A stretch of DNA of 48,173 nt from Bacteroidales bacterium (GTDB taxonomy: Bacteria; Bacteroidota; Bacteroidia; Bacteroidales; UBA932). The DNA lies in NCBI GenBank assembly GCA_017651045.1, contig JAGCDT010000106.1, positions 1 to 48,173 on the forward strand, given 5' to 3'. Made by a program: the position numbers and the translations under genes. The notes under the pieces are model-generated. The model did not search any database and had not been told where the DNA came from. It saw only the letters and a list, made by a program, of their open reading frames with translations. The stretch's first letter is position 1, and every line of letters starts with the position of its first letter. Below, one piece after another: positions 28,389 through 37,594 of this stretch.

Positions 28389-29429
28389 ATGAAAAGAATT
28401 TTTCTGTTTTTATCTGTCGCGCTTCTTGTGGTAGCGGTCTCCTGCAAAAAGGAAGAAGAAGCAAAACTTGCCGACAACGATTACAGATTGAGCGTACTCA
28501 GCAAAGTGTCAGACCTCACAACGAACACCGTAACTATTTCCGGCCATTTTGAGGCAGGTAAGAATTACAAGGATGCAGAGCACGGGATTGCAGTCACCGG
28601 CGTCATTAACGGAAGTGTCCAGATTTGCAAATTTCCTTCAGAAGATTCAGGAGATTTCTCTTGTGAGGTGACCGGTATGATCCCCGGCAGCGATTATGCC
28701 TTCGATGCTTATGCAATTATTGATGAACAGTTTATTACAACCGCAAAGACCACGACGGATTTGCCCAAATTCCGCACTTTCACGACTGTCGGCTGGGCTC
28801 TTTATCAGGAGGCTCAGGATCTGGGTACAGGCGTGAAGTGGGCTCCCAGAAATCTCGGCGCGTCTGATGACACCGGTATCGGTTATTATTATGCATTCGG
28901 CGAGACAATGCACAAGACCAGTTTTACCAAGGAGAATTTCACTCCTCCTACGATGGTTGAGGGTTTCTGGTCGTGGGACAGGGATTATTCCCATTATGTA
29001 ATTGAATGTGATGCCGCACACGTAGCGCTCGGAGGGAGCTGGCGTGTCCCCACCTATAATGATTATAAGAACCTTATCGATTTTTGCTCCGCTAAATTCG
29101 TAAGTGTCCACGGAGTCAGGGGACTTGAATTTACCGGACATTCCGGCAAGGAAGGCCTTGCCTCATCCATTTTCTTGCCTGAGACTGGCATATATGGAGA
29201 AAGTGGTCTCGGATCATCCAGCAAAGGTTTCTACCAGACTTCAAATCTCTCTCCGACGGATAGCAAGGAGATTGAAGACTGGAATTATACCGTCATTTCT
29301 GAAGATATGTTCTTTGACGAAAATGCAACAACTTATTCAATGGGCAAATACTTCCTGGGAAGCCATGGTGTCCTGAAGTTTACAGAGTGCTGGTATGGCC
29401 GTCCTATTCGTCCTGTATGTGACCTTTAA
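28389..29429 (+). CDS. Lipoprotein with an FN3-like N-terminal part and a Fib_succ_major/DUF1566-like C-terminal domain
   Basis: Lipobox AVSC-KKEEE; DLGTGVKWAPRNLGA, GYYYAFGET, GGSWRVPT, SIFLP, GRPIRPV; AT-richer than its neighbours. Confidence 0.8.
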   Translation: MKRIFLFLSVALLVVAVSCKKEEEAKLADNDYRLSVLSKVSDLTTNTVTISGHFEAGKNYKDAEHGIAVTGVINGSVQICKFPSEDSGDFSCEVTGMIPGSDYAFDAYAIIDEQFITTAKTTTDLPKFRTFTTVGWALYQEAQDLGTGVKWAPRNLGASDDTGIGYYYAFGETMHKTSFTKENFTPPTMVEGFWSWDRDYSHYVIECDAAHVALGGSWRVPTYNDYKNLIDFCSAKFVSVHGVRGLEFTGHSGKEGLASSIFLPETGIYGESGLGSSSKGFYQTSNLSPTDSKEIEDWNYTVISEDMFFDENATTYSMGKYFLGSHGVLKFTECWYGRPIRPVCDL

Positions 29430-29437
29430 AAATGGGA

Positions 29438-29468
29438 TTTGCAAAGCAAAATAATTTTTGTACCTTTG
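29438..29468 (+). promoter_or_regulatory. -33/-7 promoter of tRNA-His
   Basis: TTTG (29438-29441), 19-nt spacer, TACCTTTG (29461-29468). Confidence 0.8.
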
Positions 29469-29480
29469 CAGTCCCAACAT

Positions 29481-29554
29481 GGTGGATGTAGTTCAGTTGG
29501 TAGAGCATCGGATTGTGGTTCCGAGTGTCGTGGGTTCGAGCCCCATCATCCACC
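29481..29554 (+). tRNA. tRNA-His (GTG)
   Basis: G-1, acceptor stem gtggatg/catccac, D arm agttcagttggtaga, anticodon arm tcgga-ttGTGgt-tccga, T loop ggttcga; full CCA not encoded (cct). Confidence 0.96.
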
Positions 29555-29565
29555 CCTGCCAAGAG

Positions 29566-29597
29566 CTCCCGGATCTTTATGGTCCGGGAGTTTTTTT
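29566..29597 (+). terminator. Rho-independent terminator of tRNA-His
   Basis: ctcccgga...tccgggag stem followed by seven T. Confidence 0.88.
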
Positions 29598-29606
29598 ATA
29601 GCCCGG

Positions 29607-29697
29607 TGTGCCAGGTGGTTCTAACGTTGACATCACCGGGCACATTTTTTCGGCATTTTCGTGTCAGGTGGTGTCAGTTTAAGCACCACCTGGCACG
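29607..29697. repeat. Two tandem palindromic units (gtgYcaggtggt...caccNggcac), 53-nt period
   Basis: Hairpins at 29607-29644 and 29660-29697 between the convergent tRNA-His and recN. Confidence 0.65.
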
Positions 29698-29790
29698 TTT
29701 TCCGGCAGTGGCCGCGAATTTACGTGCTGCGGACGGAAATTAGGGCTTTTTTCCGGCGGCGGGGTGGTTTCCGAATACTGTGACGGGTGG

Positions 29791-31449
29791 CTACAGTCCC
29801 AGAAGGGACTTGGCGTTGGCGATGGCGGCGGGGGTGACGGTGGAGCCTGAGAGCATGCGGGCGATCTCGAAGGTGCGCTCCTCACCGTCGATGCGGCGGA
29901 TGGTGGAGACGGCGCCGTCAGTTGTGGAGGTCTTCTCCACAAGGAAATGGGCCTCGCCCTTGGCGGCAACCTGGGGGAGGTGGGTGATGGCGAAGACCTG
30001 CATGCTGCCGCCGAGGGTGCAGATCATCTCGCCCATGCGGTCGGCAGCGCTGCCGGAGACGCCGGAGTCGATCTCGTCGAAGACGATCGACGGGAGGCTC
30101 TCGTAGCGCGCCATCATGGCCTTGAGGCTCAGCATGATGCGCGATAGTTCTCCTCCGGAGGCGCATTTGCGCAAGTCTTCCGGCTCCTTGCCGGTGGAGG
30201 AGAAGAGGAAGGTGATGCGGTCCTTCCCGGAAGGGCCTGCCGCCACATCTTCCACTGCGACCTTAAAGACAGCCTTCTCCAGAAGCAGGAAGTCGAGCGA
30301 CTCCGCTACTGCGGTACTGAAGCGAGGAGCGGCATCACGACGAAGCTTACCGAGTTCTGCGGCCGCCTTGTCGTATTCCGCCTGCTTGGAGGCGAGTTCC
30401 TTATTGAGATCGGCTATGCGCTCTTCTATAGAGCTTGTGTCGTAAAGCGCCTCGGCGAGGGCATCTCTTTCGCGTATGAGCGATGCGATGTCGCTGCAGG
30501 AGTAGCGCTTCATAAGATCGTAAAGCAGGGAAAGGCGGGCTTCCACGGCCGCGAGGCGCTCGGGCGAGGCATTGACGCCCTCGGAGAGCGAGGCGGCTTC
30601 TTCGAAGACGTCCTCAATCTCCAGCCTGGCGGAATTGAGCCTTTCGGCAAGCGGGCCTGCCGCCTCTACAATCCCTGAAATCTTTGAAAGCATCTTGCCG
30701 GCTTCCTTGAGTGCGGCGGAAGGGGAGAGGCCTTCCTGCGGATCGGCCAGGGCCTCCACTCCGCCGAAGGCCTCCTTGAGCTGCTCCACGTTGGAGAGCT
30801 TCTTGAGCTCTTCCTCGAGCTCCTCAAGCTCGCCGTCGCGAAGGGACGCGCTCTCCAGGCGCTCGAAGCGGGCCTCGTTGTACTCCTTCTCGCCGGAAAG
30901 CCTGCGAAGTTTCTCTGAGGCCTCTTCAAGAGCTCCCCTAAGGGCGGAAAGCTCCTTCCAAAGCCTTACGACTTCCTTGCGGGCAGGAACAGCTCCTGCA
31001 AACAAGTCGAGGGCTTCCATCTGGAAGTCCCTGTCGGAAAGCAGGAGATTGCGGTGCTGGGAGTGGATATCGACAAGGCTGGGCGCCAATGATGCCAGAG
31101 TCGGCAGCGCCACGGGCTCGTCGCAGAGGAAACTGCGGGAGCGCCCGCTGCGCGAGAACGTGCGCCTTATCGTTATGATGCCGCCGTTCCAGTCGAGGTC
31201 TTCAGCCTCGATGGCGGCCTTTACGCTTTCATCGTCTCTCACGTCGAACTCGGCTTCCAGGACGCAGTTGTCGCCATGGGGGCCGATGAGGGAAGCGTCA
31301 GCTTTCCCGCCGAGCACCAGTCCAAGTGCTCCGACAAGGATTGACTTGCCGGCACCTGTCTGCCCGGTAATAATGACAAGACCCCCGGGAAATGAAATAT
31401 CCAGGGAGTCTATCAGAATGTAGTTCGATACGTGAAGGGCGCGCAGCAC
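29791..31449 (-). CDS. recN: DNA repair protein RecN
   Basis: Walker A GQTGAGKS, DIHSQH, ASGGELSR, FDEIDSGVSG, ITHLPQVAA, EIARMLSG. Confidence 0.97.
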   Translation of the reverse strand: MLRALHVSNYILIDSLDISFPGGLVIITGQTGAGKSILVGALGLVLGGKADASLIGPHGDNCVLEAEFDVRDDESVKAAIEAEDLDWNGGIITIRRTFSRSGRSRSFLCDEPVALPTLASLAPSLVDIHSQHRNLLLSDRDFQMEALDLFAGAVPARKEVVRLWKELSALRGALEEASEKLRRLSGEKEYNEARFERLESASLRDGELEELEEELKKLSNVEQLKEAFGGVEALADPQEGLSPSAALKEAGKMLSKISGIVEAAGPLAERLNSARLEIEDVFEEAASLSEGVNASPERLAAVEARLSLLYDLMKRYSCSDIASLIRERDALAEALYDTSSIEERIADLNKELASKQAEYDKAAAELGKLRRDAAPRFSTAVAESLDFLLLEKAVFKVAVEDVAAGPSGKDRITFLFSSTGKEPEDLRKCASGGELSRIMLSLKAMMARYESLPSIVFDEIDSGVSGSAADRMGEMICTLGGSMQVFAITHLPQVAAKGEAHFLVEKTSTTDGAVSTIRRIDGEERTFEIARMLSGSTVTPAAIANAKSLLGL

Positions 31450-31455
31450 AGCTTC

Positions 31456-31776
31456 TTACTTATCCTCTGTGGAGACGGTCTTGTACTCGAGCTCGCCGGC
31501 TTCGAATTCGGAGATGGCCACGAGATCGGGCTTGGGAAGACGTTCGTAGTATTTGGAGATTTCGATCTGCTCCTTGTTCTCGAACACTTCGTCCATAGTG
31601 TCGCGCTCGCCTCTGAAATCCTCGAGCTTCTTGGTGAGCTCTTTTTTCTCGGCGAGGGCTATCTGGTTGGCCCTTTTATAGAGGATGACGCAGGTCTCAT
31701 AGATGTTGCCAGTGGGGGCTGCGAGGTCCTTGACGTCCCTTGTGATGGTGTTGGTAGGTACTTTCTTATTTTCCAT
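31456..31776 (-). CDS. rpoZ: RNA polymerase omega subunit (Bacteroidetes type)
   Basis: TGNIYE...KRANQI...ENKEQIEISKYYERLPKP; follows bamD as in other Bacteroidetes. Confidence 0.9.
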   Translation of the reverse strand: MENKKVPTNTITRDVKDLAAPTGNIYETCVILYKRANQIALAEKKELTKKLEDFRGERDTMDEVFENKEQIEISKYYERLPKPDLVAISEFEAGELEYKTVSTEDK

Positions 31777-31800
31777 TTCTATTACGTATTATCAAAAGTA

Positions 31801-32766
31801 TTACTCCGCTTTTTCGCCGGCAGTTTCATTTTTTTTCGAATTGGCCTTTTTCTCCTTAGCCTTCTGCCTTTCCTGCTCGCGGGCTTCCTTGTTCTTCTCG
31901 CTTTCTATCTTGCGGTAGGTCCTTTCAAATTCACGGTTCTTCGCCTCAAGCTCCGCATCTGTGCCGGAATAGCGGCCGAGAGCCTTAAGCGCGCGCTTAT
32001 ACATGATGTCAAGCTCTCTGCGGTAGGCCGATTCGGGAACCTCTCCGATGAAATTCAAGTAGTCGTCCACGAAGGTCATATAACGCTCCTTCTGCTTGGA
32101 ACGGACACTGAGGCTGGCATAGCGGTAGGACGACATCGCTATATAATAGAGGATATCTTCACGGTAGATGTTCTCGGCCTTGTCCTTGAGGACGTTGCGG
32201 AAAGCGACGCGGGAGGCTTTGTAGTCCTCCATCTTATAATAAAGGCGCGCGGCTTCATAGGCCTTTCGGTCCAGACGGCCGTTGAGCTCGGCAAGCATCT
32301 CTTCACACTCGGTTTTCCTGGTGTTGTGGGTGCCGTAGTCGTTCATGTACTGCTCTATGGCGCCGATGGCCGAATAGGTCCTCGACTGGTCGAGCTCATA
32401 GCGGAGCGTGCTGCGGAAGAGACAGTCTATACGCAGGAAGCGGGACTCCTCCGTGAAAGGACTCAGGGGGAAGTTCTCGATATGATGCGTGAAATTGGTC
32501 TCAGCCGTATAGTAGTCCTTGAAACGATAGTTGCTCAGGGCCCAGTAGTACTGGACGGTGTCGTCGCGCTCGGTGCCGCTACTCATCACGGAGAGGGACT
32601 CGAACAGCTGGGCCGCCTTGTTGTATTTCTTCGCTTCGAAATACTTGAAGGCCGCCTTATACTTCGCGTCGGCGTCTCCGCTGGCAAGCAACGCCTCGTA
32701 CTCTCCCTTGCAGGATGCGAGGACGATGAGGGCCAGGGCCGTGATTATTGTACTTATCCTTTTCAT
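31801..32766 (-). CDS. bamD: Outer membrane protein assembly lipoprotein BamD
   Basis: Likely start MKRIS at 32766, lipobox LASC, TPR repeats, YELDQSRT, basic C-terminal tail. Confidence 0.9.
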   Translation of the reverse strand: MKRISTIITALALIVLASCKGEYEALLASGDADAKYKAAFKYFEAKKYNKAAQLFESLSVMSSGTERDDTVQYYWALSNYRFKDYYTAETNFTHHIENFPLSPFTEESRFLRIDCLFRSTLRYELDQSRTYSAIGAIEQYMNDYGTHNTRKTECEEMLAELNGRLDRKAYEAARLYYKMEDYKASRVAFRNVLKDKAENIYREDILYYIAMSSYRYASLSVRSKQKERYMTFVDDYLNFIGEVPESAYRRELDIMYKRALKALGRYSGTDAELEAKNREFERTYRKIESEKNKEAREQERQKAKEKKANSKKNETAGEKAE

Positions 32767-32768
32767 AT

Positions 32769-33695
32769 TCAGTTGTTTTCCAGGAGGAACCTTTCGGCGT
32801 CCCTTGCGGCGCGGCAACCTGCCGCAGCTGCCGTAACAGCCTGCCTGTAAAGGGGATCCTGGACGTCTCCTGCGGCGAAGACTCCCTTGACGGAGGTCTC
32901 CTGAGTCTTGCCGGAGGTGATGATGTAGCCCACCTCGTCGGTCTTCACCCAGGGGGCGAAGAGCTCCGAGTTGGGATGATGGCCTATCGCGAGGAAGAAG
33001 CCGTCGACTGCGATGTCGAAGACCTCGCCGTCAGCACGGACAAGCCTTGCGCCTGTGACTCCGGAGGCGTCGCCGAGCACTTCCTGCGTCTGGCACTTCC
33101 AGAGTATCTCGATATTCTCCGTAGAGAACACCTTCTCCTGCATTGCCTTGCTGGCGCGGAAGACGTCGCGGCGAACTATCATGTAGACCTTGCGGCAAAG
33201 CCCTGCAAGATAGAGGGCCTCTTCGCAGGCGGTGTCGCCGCCTCCCACCACGGCCACGTTGCGGCCGCGGTAGAAAAAGCCGTCACATGTCGCGCATGCT
33301 GACACTCCAAGGCCCTTGAACTTCTCTTCGGAGGGGAGACCGAGGTACTTTGCCGTGGCGCCCGTTGCGATGACGAGAGTCTCAGCCTCAAGCGTCTCCT
33401 TCCCGTCTATCGTGACCTTGAACGGCCTTTCGGAAAGGTCGACGGCAGTCGCCGTGCCGCGACGGATCTCTCCGCCGAAGCTTGCGGCCTGCTTACGCAT
33501 CGAGTCCATCAGGGAGTTGGCGTCGACGCCGCCCGGGAAGCCCGGGAAATTCTCCACGATGGTCGTAGTGGTTAGCTGACCGCCGGGCTCCATCCCTTCA
33601 TAAAGAACGGGAGAGAGCCCTGCGCGTGAGGCGTAGATCGCCGCGGTGTAGCCCGCAGGACCACCACCGAGTATGAGGCACTTTATGCTGGCCAT
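32769..33695 (-). CDS. trxB: Thioredoxin-disulfide reductase
   Basis: GGGPAG, GGQLTTT, CATCDG, GGGDTA, FAAGDV, RQAVTAA. Confidence 0.97.
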   Translation of the reverse strand: MASIKCLILGGGPAGYTAAIYASRAGLSPVLYEGMEPGGQLTTTTIVENFPGFPGGVDANSLMDSMRKQAASFGGEIRRGTATAVDLSERPFKVTIDGKETLEAETLVIATGATAKYLGLPSEEKFKGLGVSACATCDGFFYRGRNVAVVGGGDTACEEALYLAGLCRKVYMIVRRDVFRASKAMQEKVFSTENIEILWKCQTQEVLGDASGVTGARLVRADGEVFDIAVDGFFLAIGHHPNSELFAPWVKTDEVGYIITSGKTQETSVKGVFAAGDVQDPLYRQAVTAAAAGCRAARDAERFLLENN

Positions 33696-33697
33696 TA

Positions 33698-34261
33698 CTA
33701 CTGGGCGGCTGCCTGCTGCTCAGCGGCAAGCTCCTGCTGGAGCTGCTCGAGAGTGCGGTCGGCGGGGATGTTCATCTCCTTACGGGCATCGGCGGTGATA
33801 TCTGTCGTCGTTGCCTCGTCGAAGTAGAGAGCAGAAGTGGAATCCAGGACCATCGTGAGGCCCTTAGCCTTCGCTATCTTGTTGATGGCTTCCTGAGCCT
33901 TCTCATAGATAGGGGAGAAGAGCTTGGCCTGCTGCTGCTGGAGCTCCTGGGAGATCTGCTGCTGGAACTCCTGGAGACGCTGCTCGATGTCGCGGAGTTC
34001 TTTCTCCTTGGCTTCCCTTACTGCGGGAGTCCAGGAGTCTTTTTTCTGGTTGTACTGAGTGCCCTTGGTCTGGTACTCTTCGTACATGCTCTGGAATTCC
34101 TCCTCAGCTTCCTTCTGGGCCGCCTTAATGGTTGCCCTTGCGGCATCGGCCTCAGGAGCAAGCTGGACGATCTCGGTGAAGTTGACGTGGGCGATCTTCG
34201 ACTGGGCGAAAGCGCCTGCGGAGAGGAGAGCCATGGCGGCAAACATCAGAATTCTTTTCAT
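33698..34261 (-). CDS. skp: OmpH/Skp periplasmic chaperone
   Basis: Likely start MKRIL at 34261, signal peptide, KIAHVN, Q/E-rich coiled coil, DIT; downstream of bamA. Confidence 0.9.
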   Translation of the reverse strand: MKRILMFAAMALLSAGAFAQSKIAHVNFTEIVQLAPEADAARATIKAAQKEAEEEFQSMYEEYQTKGTQYNQKKDSWTPAVREAKEKELRDIEQRLQEFQQQISQELQQQQAKLFSPIYEKAQEAINKIAKAKGLTMVLDSTSALYFDEATTTDITADARKEMNIPADRTLEQLQQELAAEQQAAAQ

Positions 34262-34287
34262 AATCGTAAATTTTAGTTTTGTCAATT

Positions 34288-36870
34288 TTAGAATTGCTGG
34301 CCGATGACGAAGTGGAACTGGCTTCCGCCGTTGACCTTATCATCGAAACCATAACCCCAGTCAATGCCGAGCAGACCGATCATCGGGAGGAAGACCCTCA
34401 CGCCGACGCCTGCAGAGCGTTTGATCTGGAACGGGTTGAAATCACGAATATCATACCAGCAGTTACCACCTTCGAGGAAGGCGAGGACGAAAATCGTCGA
34501 TTGCGGCTGCAGGATGACAGGATAGCGCAGCTCAATCGTGAACTTGTCGTACACGTTGCCCTGGCGGGAATAGCCCTGCTGACTGTAGGGGGTTGCGACC
34601 GTCGGGGTGAGCGAGTAGTTTTCATAGCCACGGAGGGCGATGACTTCGGAACCATAAGTGTTGTAGCCGGACATACCGTCGCCACCGACTTCGAAGTATT
34701 CGAAGGGGGAGTAGCCCCAGTTGCGGTTGTAGTAGCCGAGGTAGCCGAACTGGGCCTTTGCCATGAGGACGAGGTTGTCGACGAGCTTGACGTAGACGGC
34801 GCCGCTGAATTTCCATTTGTGGTATTCGACCCAGCGGTAGCGCTGCTGTGAGCTCCACGTGCTGTAGTCGATGTCTCGCCAGCTATCCACGGGGATCCTG
34901 TTGCCGTTGACATCGTAGGTGTGCTTGCGGAACAGGGAGTAGGGCGGAGTCAGCTGCAGGGATATCGAGAACTCGGAACCCTGACGGGGGTAGATCTGCT
35001 GGTCCGTGGAGTTGCGGGAGAGGGAGAGGGTGTAGCTGACGTTGTTGGACGTACCGTTGTCGAACATGAAGTAGGAGTAGCTGGAAGTCCAGTTGGTCAG
35101 CTTGTATGTCTGCCAACTCAGGGAGTTGTAGAGGACGAAGTAGTTGTCGGGCCACTTGAGGCGCTTGCCTAAACCCATGTTGAAACCGAATACCTCATAG
35201 ACCTTGTCGTTGGACAGGAGGCCGATCGAGAGGAGGGAGTTGGTCATACGGGTGTAGTAGCCGGACAGTGAGAAGGAGGTCGGCTTCTTACCGAAGAGCC
35301 AGGGCTCGAGGAAGGAAGCGCTGACGGCGGTGTAATAGCGTCCGTTGGTCTGGAAACGGAACGAGAGGTTCTGTGCATCGCCAAGCGGGACGGGCTTCCA
35401 CGCGGTCTTGTCGAAGAAACGTCTCGTGGAGAAGTTGTTGAAGCTGACGCCGGCGGTCGCGACTACGGTGTTGCCGCCCCATCCGCCGGAGAGCTCCAGC
35501 TGGGAGGAAGGCTTTTCAGTCACGTTGTAGACGATGTCGACGGTGTTGTTGAGCTGGTTGGGGATGATGCTGTAGCCCTTGGTGCCGTCCATGATAGCCT
35601 CAGGGTCGAACTGGCCAAGGGAGGCGATTTCCCTGATGGAACGCTCGAAGTCGGTCTGGGAGAAGAGGTAGCCCGGCCTTGTCATCACCTGGCGGCGGAC
35701 AACCCTTTCATTGGTGAGATCGTTGCCGTTGATGATGATGTTGTTGATGATGGCGGGCTTGCCTTCGGAGACACGGAGTTCGACGTCGACGGAGTCGTTC
35801 TGGATATTGAGCTCGACGGGCGTGACGTTGAAGAACAGGTAGCCGTTGTCGCGGTAGAGCTTGGAGATGTCGTAGTCGGTCTGCTTGCCGCCGCCGAAGA
35901 GGCGCTTGTTCATGGTGACCACATCGTAGACGTCGCCGGGCTCGATCTTGAGAATCTCGTTGAGGGTCTCGGTCGCATAGACGGAGTTGCCTGTCCAGGT
36001 AATGTTGCGGAAGTAGTACTTTTCTCCCTTGTCGAACTCTAGGTCTATGCCGAGCCTGTTGGGCTTGACATAGTAGATGGAGTCGCGGATAAGACGGGCG
36101 TCACGGTAGCCGGCTTCGTTGAACACCTCGACCGCGGACTTCTTGTCGGTCACATACTCCTTCTCGTTGAATTTCTTGGAGGCGAAGATGTTGTAGATCT
36201 TGTCGCCGGCCTTGGTCTTTTTCATGCTCTTGGCGAGCTTGAAGGCCTTGATCTCGTCGCGTCCGATGAAGTTGATCGTCTTGATCCTTACTTTTTCCCC
36301 TTTCTTTACGTCGAAATTGACCCTGATGGCGCTGCGGATGACGCTGTCCTTCTGGACCTGGACGTCGACGTCGCACAGAAGGAAGCCTTTTTCCTTGTAG
36401 TAGCGCTTGATGATATCGACGGAAGTCGTCTTGACGTATTCGGAGAATTCGCGTCCGGGGCGGAGGTTGAGCCTCTCCTGGATGTCTTTCTTCTCACTCG
36501 ACTTGACTCCGGTGTAGGTCCAGCGGGAGACACGGGGCCTCTCGACGATGGCTATCTTGAGCCATGCGGTGTCTTTGGATGCGCTCAGGGAGTCGAGACT
36601 CACGGCCACGTCTTCGAAATAGCGCTGCTGCCAGAGCCTGTTGACGATGCTGGAGATCTCGTCGCCGGGGATGTTGACCGACATGCCGGCACGGAGACCT
36701 GTCTGCTGGATGATCTGCTGGTCGGAGAAATAGCTGTTGCCGTCGACCTTCATCCCGCCGATAACGTATTTCTTGGGGTGAGTATAATCGATCTCGATGC
36801 CTCCCTGGGCCAAGGCCGCAAGAGGGGCAAGGAGCAGAAGCGTCACTAGTATGCTTTTGAATAATTTCAT
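34288..36870 (-). CDS. bamA: Outer membrane protein assembly factor BamA
   Basis: POTRA repeats, IALRGYE, SAGVGVR...GLLGIDWGYG, terminal QQF. Confidence 0.96.
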   Translation of the reverse strand: MKLFKSILVTLLLLAPLAALAQGGIEIDYTHPKKYVIGGMKVDGNSYFSDQQIIQQTGLRAGMSVNIPGDEISSIVNRLWQQRYFEDVAVSLDSLSASKDTAWLKIAIVERPRVSRWTYTGVKSSEKKDIQERLNLRPGREFSEYVKTTSVDIIKRYYKEKGFLLCDVDVQVQKDSVIRSAIRVNFDVKKGEKVRIKTINFIGRDEIKAFKLAKSMKKTKAGDKIYNIFASKKFNEKEYVTDKKSAVEVFNEAGYRDARLIRDSIYYVKPNRLGIDLEFDKGEKYYFRNITWTGNSVYATETLNEILKIEPGDVYDVVTMNKRLFGGGKQTDYDISKLYRDNGYLFFNVTPVELNIQNDSVDVELRVSEGKPAIINNIIINGNDLTNERVVRRQVMTRPGYLFSQTDFERSIREIASLGQFDPEAIMDGTKGYSIIPNQLNNTVDIVYNVTEKPSSQLELSGGWGGNTVVATAGVSFNNFSTRRFFDKTAWKPVPLGDAQNLSFRFQTNGRYYTAVSASFLEPWLFGKKPTSFSLSGYYTRMTNSLLSIGLLSNDKVYEVFGFNMGLGKRLKWPDNYFVLYNSLSWQTYKLTNWTSSYSYFMFDNGTSNNVSYTLSLSRNSTDQQIYPRQGSEFSISLQLTPPYSLFRKHTYDVNGNRIPVDSWRDIDYSTWSSQQRYRWVEYHKWKFSGAVYVKLVDNLVLMAKAQFGYLGYYNRNWGYSPFEYFEVGGDGMSGYNTYGSEVIALRGYENYSLTPTVATPYSQQGYSRQGNVYDKFTIELRYPVILQPQSTIFVLAFLEGGNCWYDIRDFNPFQIKRSAGVGVRVFLPMIGLLGIDWGYGFDDKVNGGSQFHFVIGQQF

Positions 36871-36892
36871 CCTTTCCTTTGGAAAAATCCTA

Positions 36893-36900
36893 CAAAGATA
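36893..36900 (-). promoter_or_regulatory. -7 element upstream of bamA
   Basis: Minus strand TATCTTTG, 22 nt before the ATG. Confidence 0.5.
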
Positions 36901-36904
36901 ATAA

Positions 36905-37582
36905 TTATTCTACTAATCCATACCTTCTATGCCTGTGGGTGAATTCACGGACGGCTTCACGGAACTCGGGTTTCCGGAAATCGGGCCACAGGACGGGGGT
37001 GAAATAAAACTCGGTGTAGGCACACTGCCAGAGCAGGAAGTTGCTGATACGCTGCTCTCCGGAGGTGCGGATCAAAAGATCCGGCTCCGGGATGCCGTCG
37101 GTCACCAGATACTTGCTGAAATCTGCAGCGGAAGCGCTTGCCGGGTCGCTTTCTTCGGCGGCAAAGCGCTTCGCGGCCTGGAGGATGTCCCAGCGGCCGC
37201 TGTAGCTGAGGAAAATATTGAGCTGGAGGCCATTGCAGGCGGATGTGACCTCTTCAAGGGTCGAGATCGCGGCGCGAAGGAAGGCAGGGACTTTTTCAAG
37301 GTCGCCGAGAACGCGGAAACGGACGTCGTGGGACAGGAGGTTCTCGGTCTCCTCGGCGATGGATTTCATCATGAGCTTCATCAGAGTCCCGACTTCGTCG
37401 GCCGGACGACCCCAGTTCTCCTCGGAAAAGGCGAAAAGGGACAGCTGGTCGATCTTGTCTTCCACTGCCGCTTCGATGCAGGCACGGACGCTTTCGGCAC
37501 CCTCGCGGTGGCCGTCCACCCTCTCAAGACCTCTCTCTCTGGCCCATCGGCCGTTGCCGTCCATTATAATGGCTACGTGCAT
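36905..37582 (-). CDS. uppS: Undecaprenyl diphosphate synthase (cis-prenyltransferase)
   Basis: HVAIIMDGNGRWA, FSEENWGRP, DLLIRTSGEQRISNFLLWQ, RRYG. Confidence 0.97.
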   Translation of the reverse strand: MHVAIIMDGNGRWARERGLERVDGHREGAESVRACIEAAVEDKIDQLSLFAFSEENWGRPADEVGTLMKLMMKSIAEETENLLSHDVRFRVLGDLEKVPAFLRAAISTLEEVTSACNGLQLNIFLSYSGRWDILQAAKRFAAEESDPASASAADFSKYLVTDGIPEPDLLIRTSGEQRISNFLLWQCAYTEFYFTPVLWPDFRKPEFREAVREFTHRHRRYGLVE

Positions 37583-37594
37583 TAAGTTGAAGTT

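Noticed and set aside
29607-29697. Possible mini-CRISPR array
   Set aside because: Only two imperfect units, no regular repeat-spacer structure and no cas genes
29691-29705. TGGCAC as a sigma-54 -24 box (rpoN is in the window); also at 26586
   Set aside because: No TTGC -12 element at the required spacing, and the positions are not upstream of a suitable gene
29439-29743. ORFs 29439-29624 and 29513-29743
   Set aside because: They overlap the tRNA-His gene and its terminator
31432-32850. 472-aa plus-strand ORF and other long antisense ORFs (e.g. 2506-3951, 7598-9412, 10496-11839, 27020-28123, 47006-47947)
   Set aside because: They lie opposite well-recognised genes, have no motifs, and are the expected shadow ORFs of high-GC3 coding sequence
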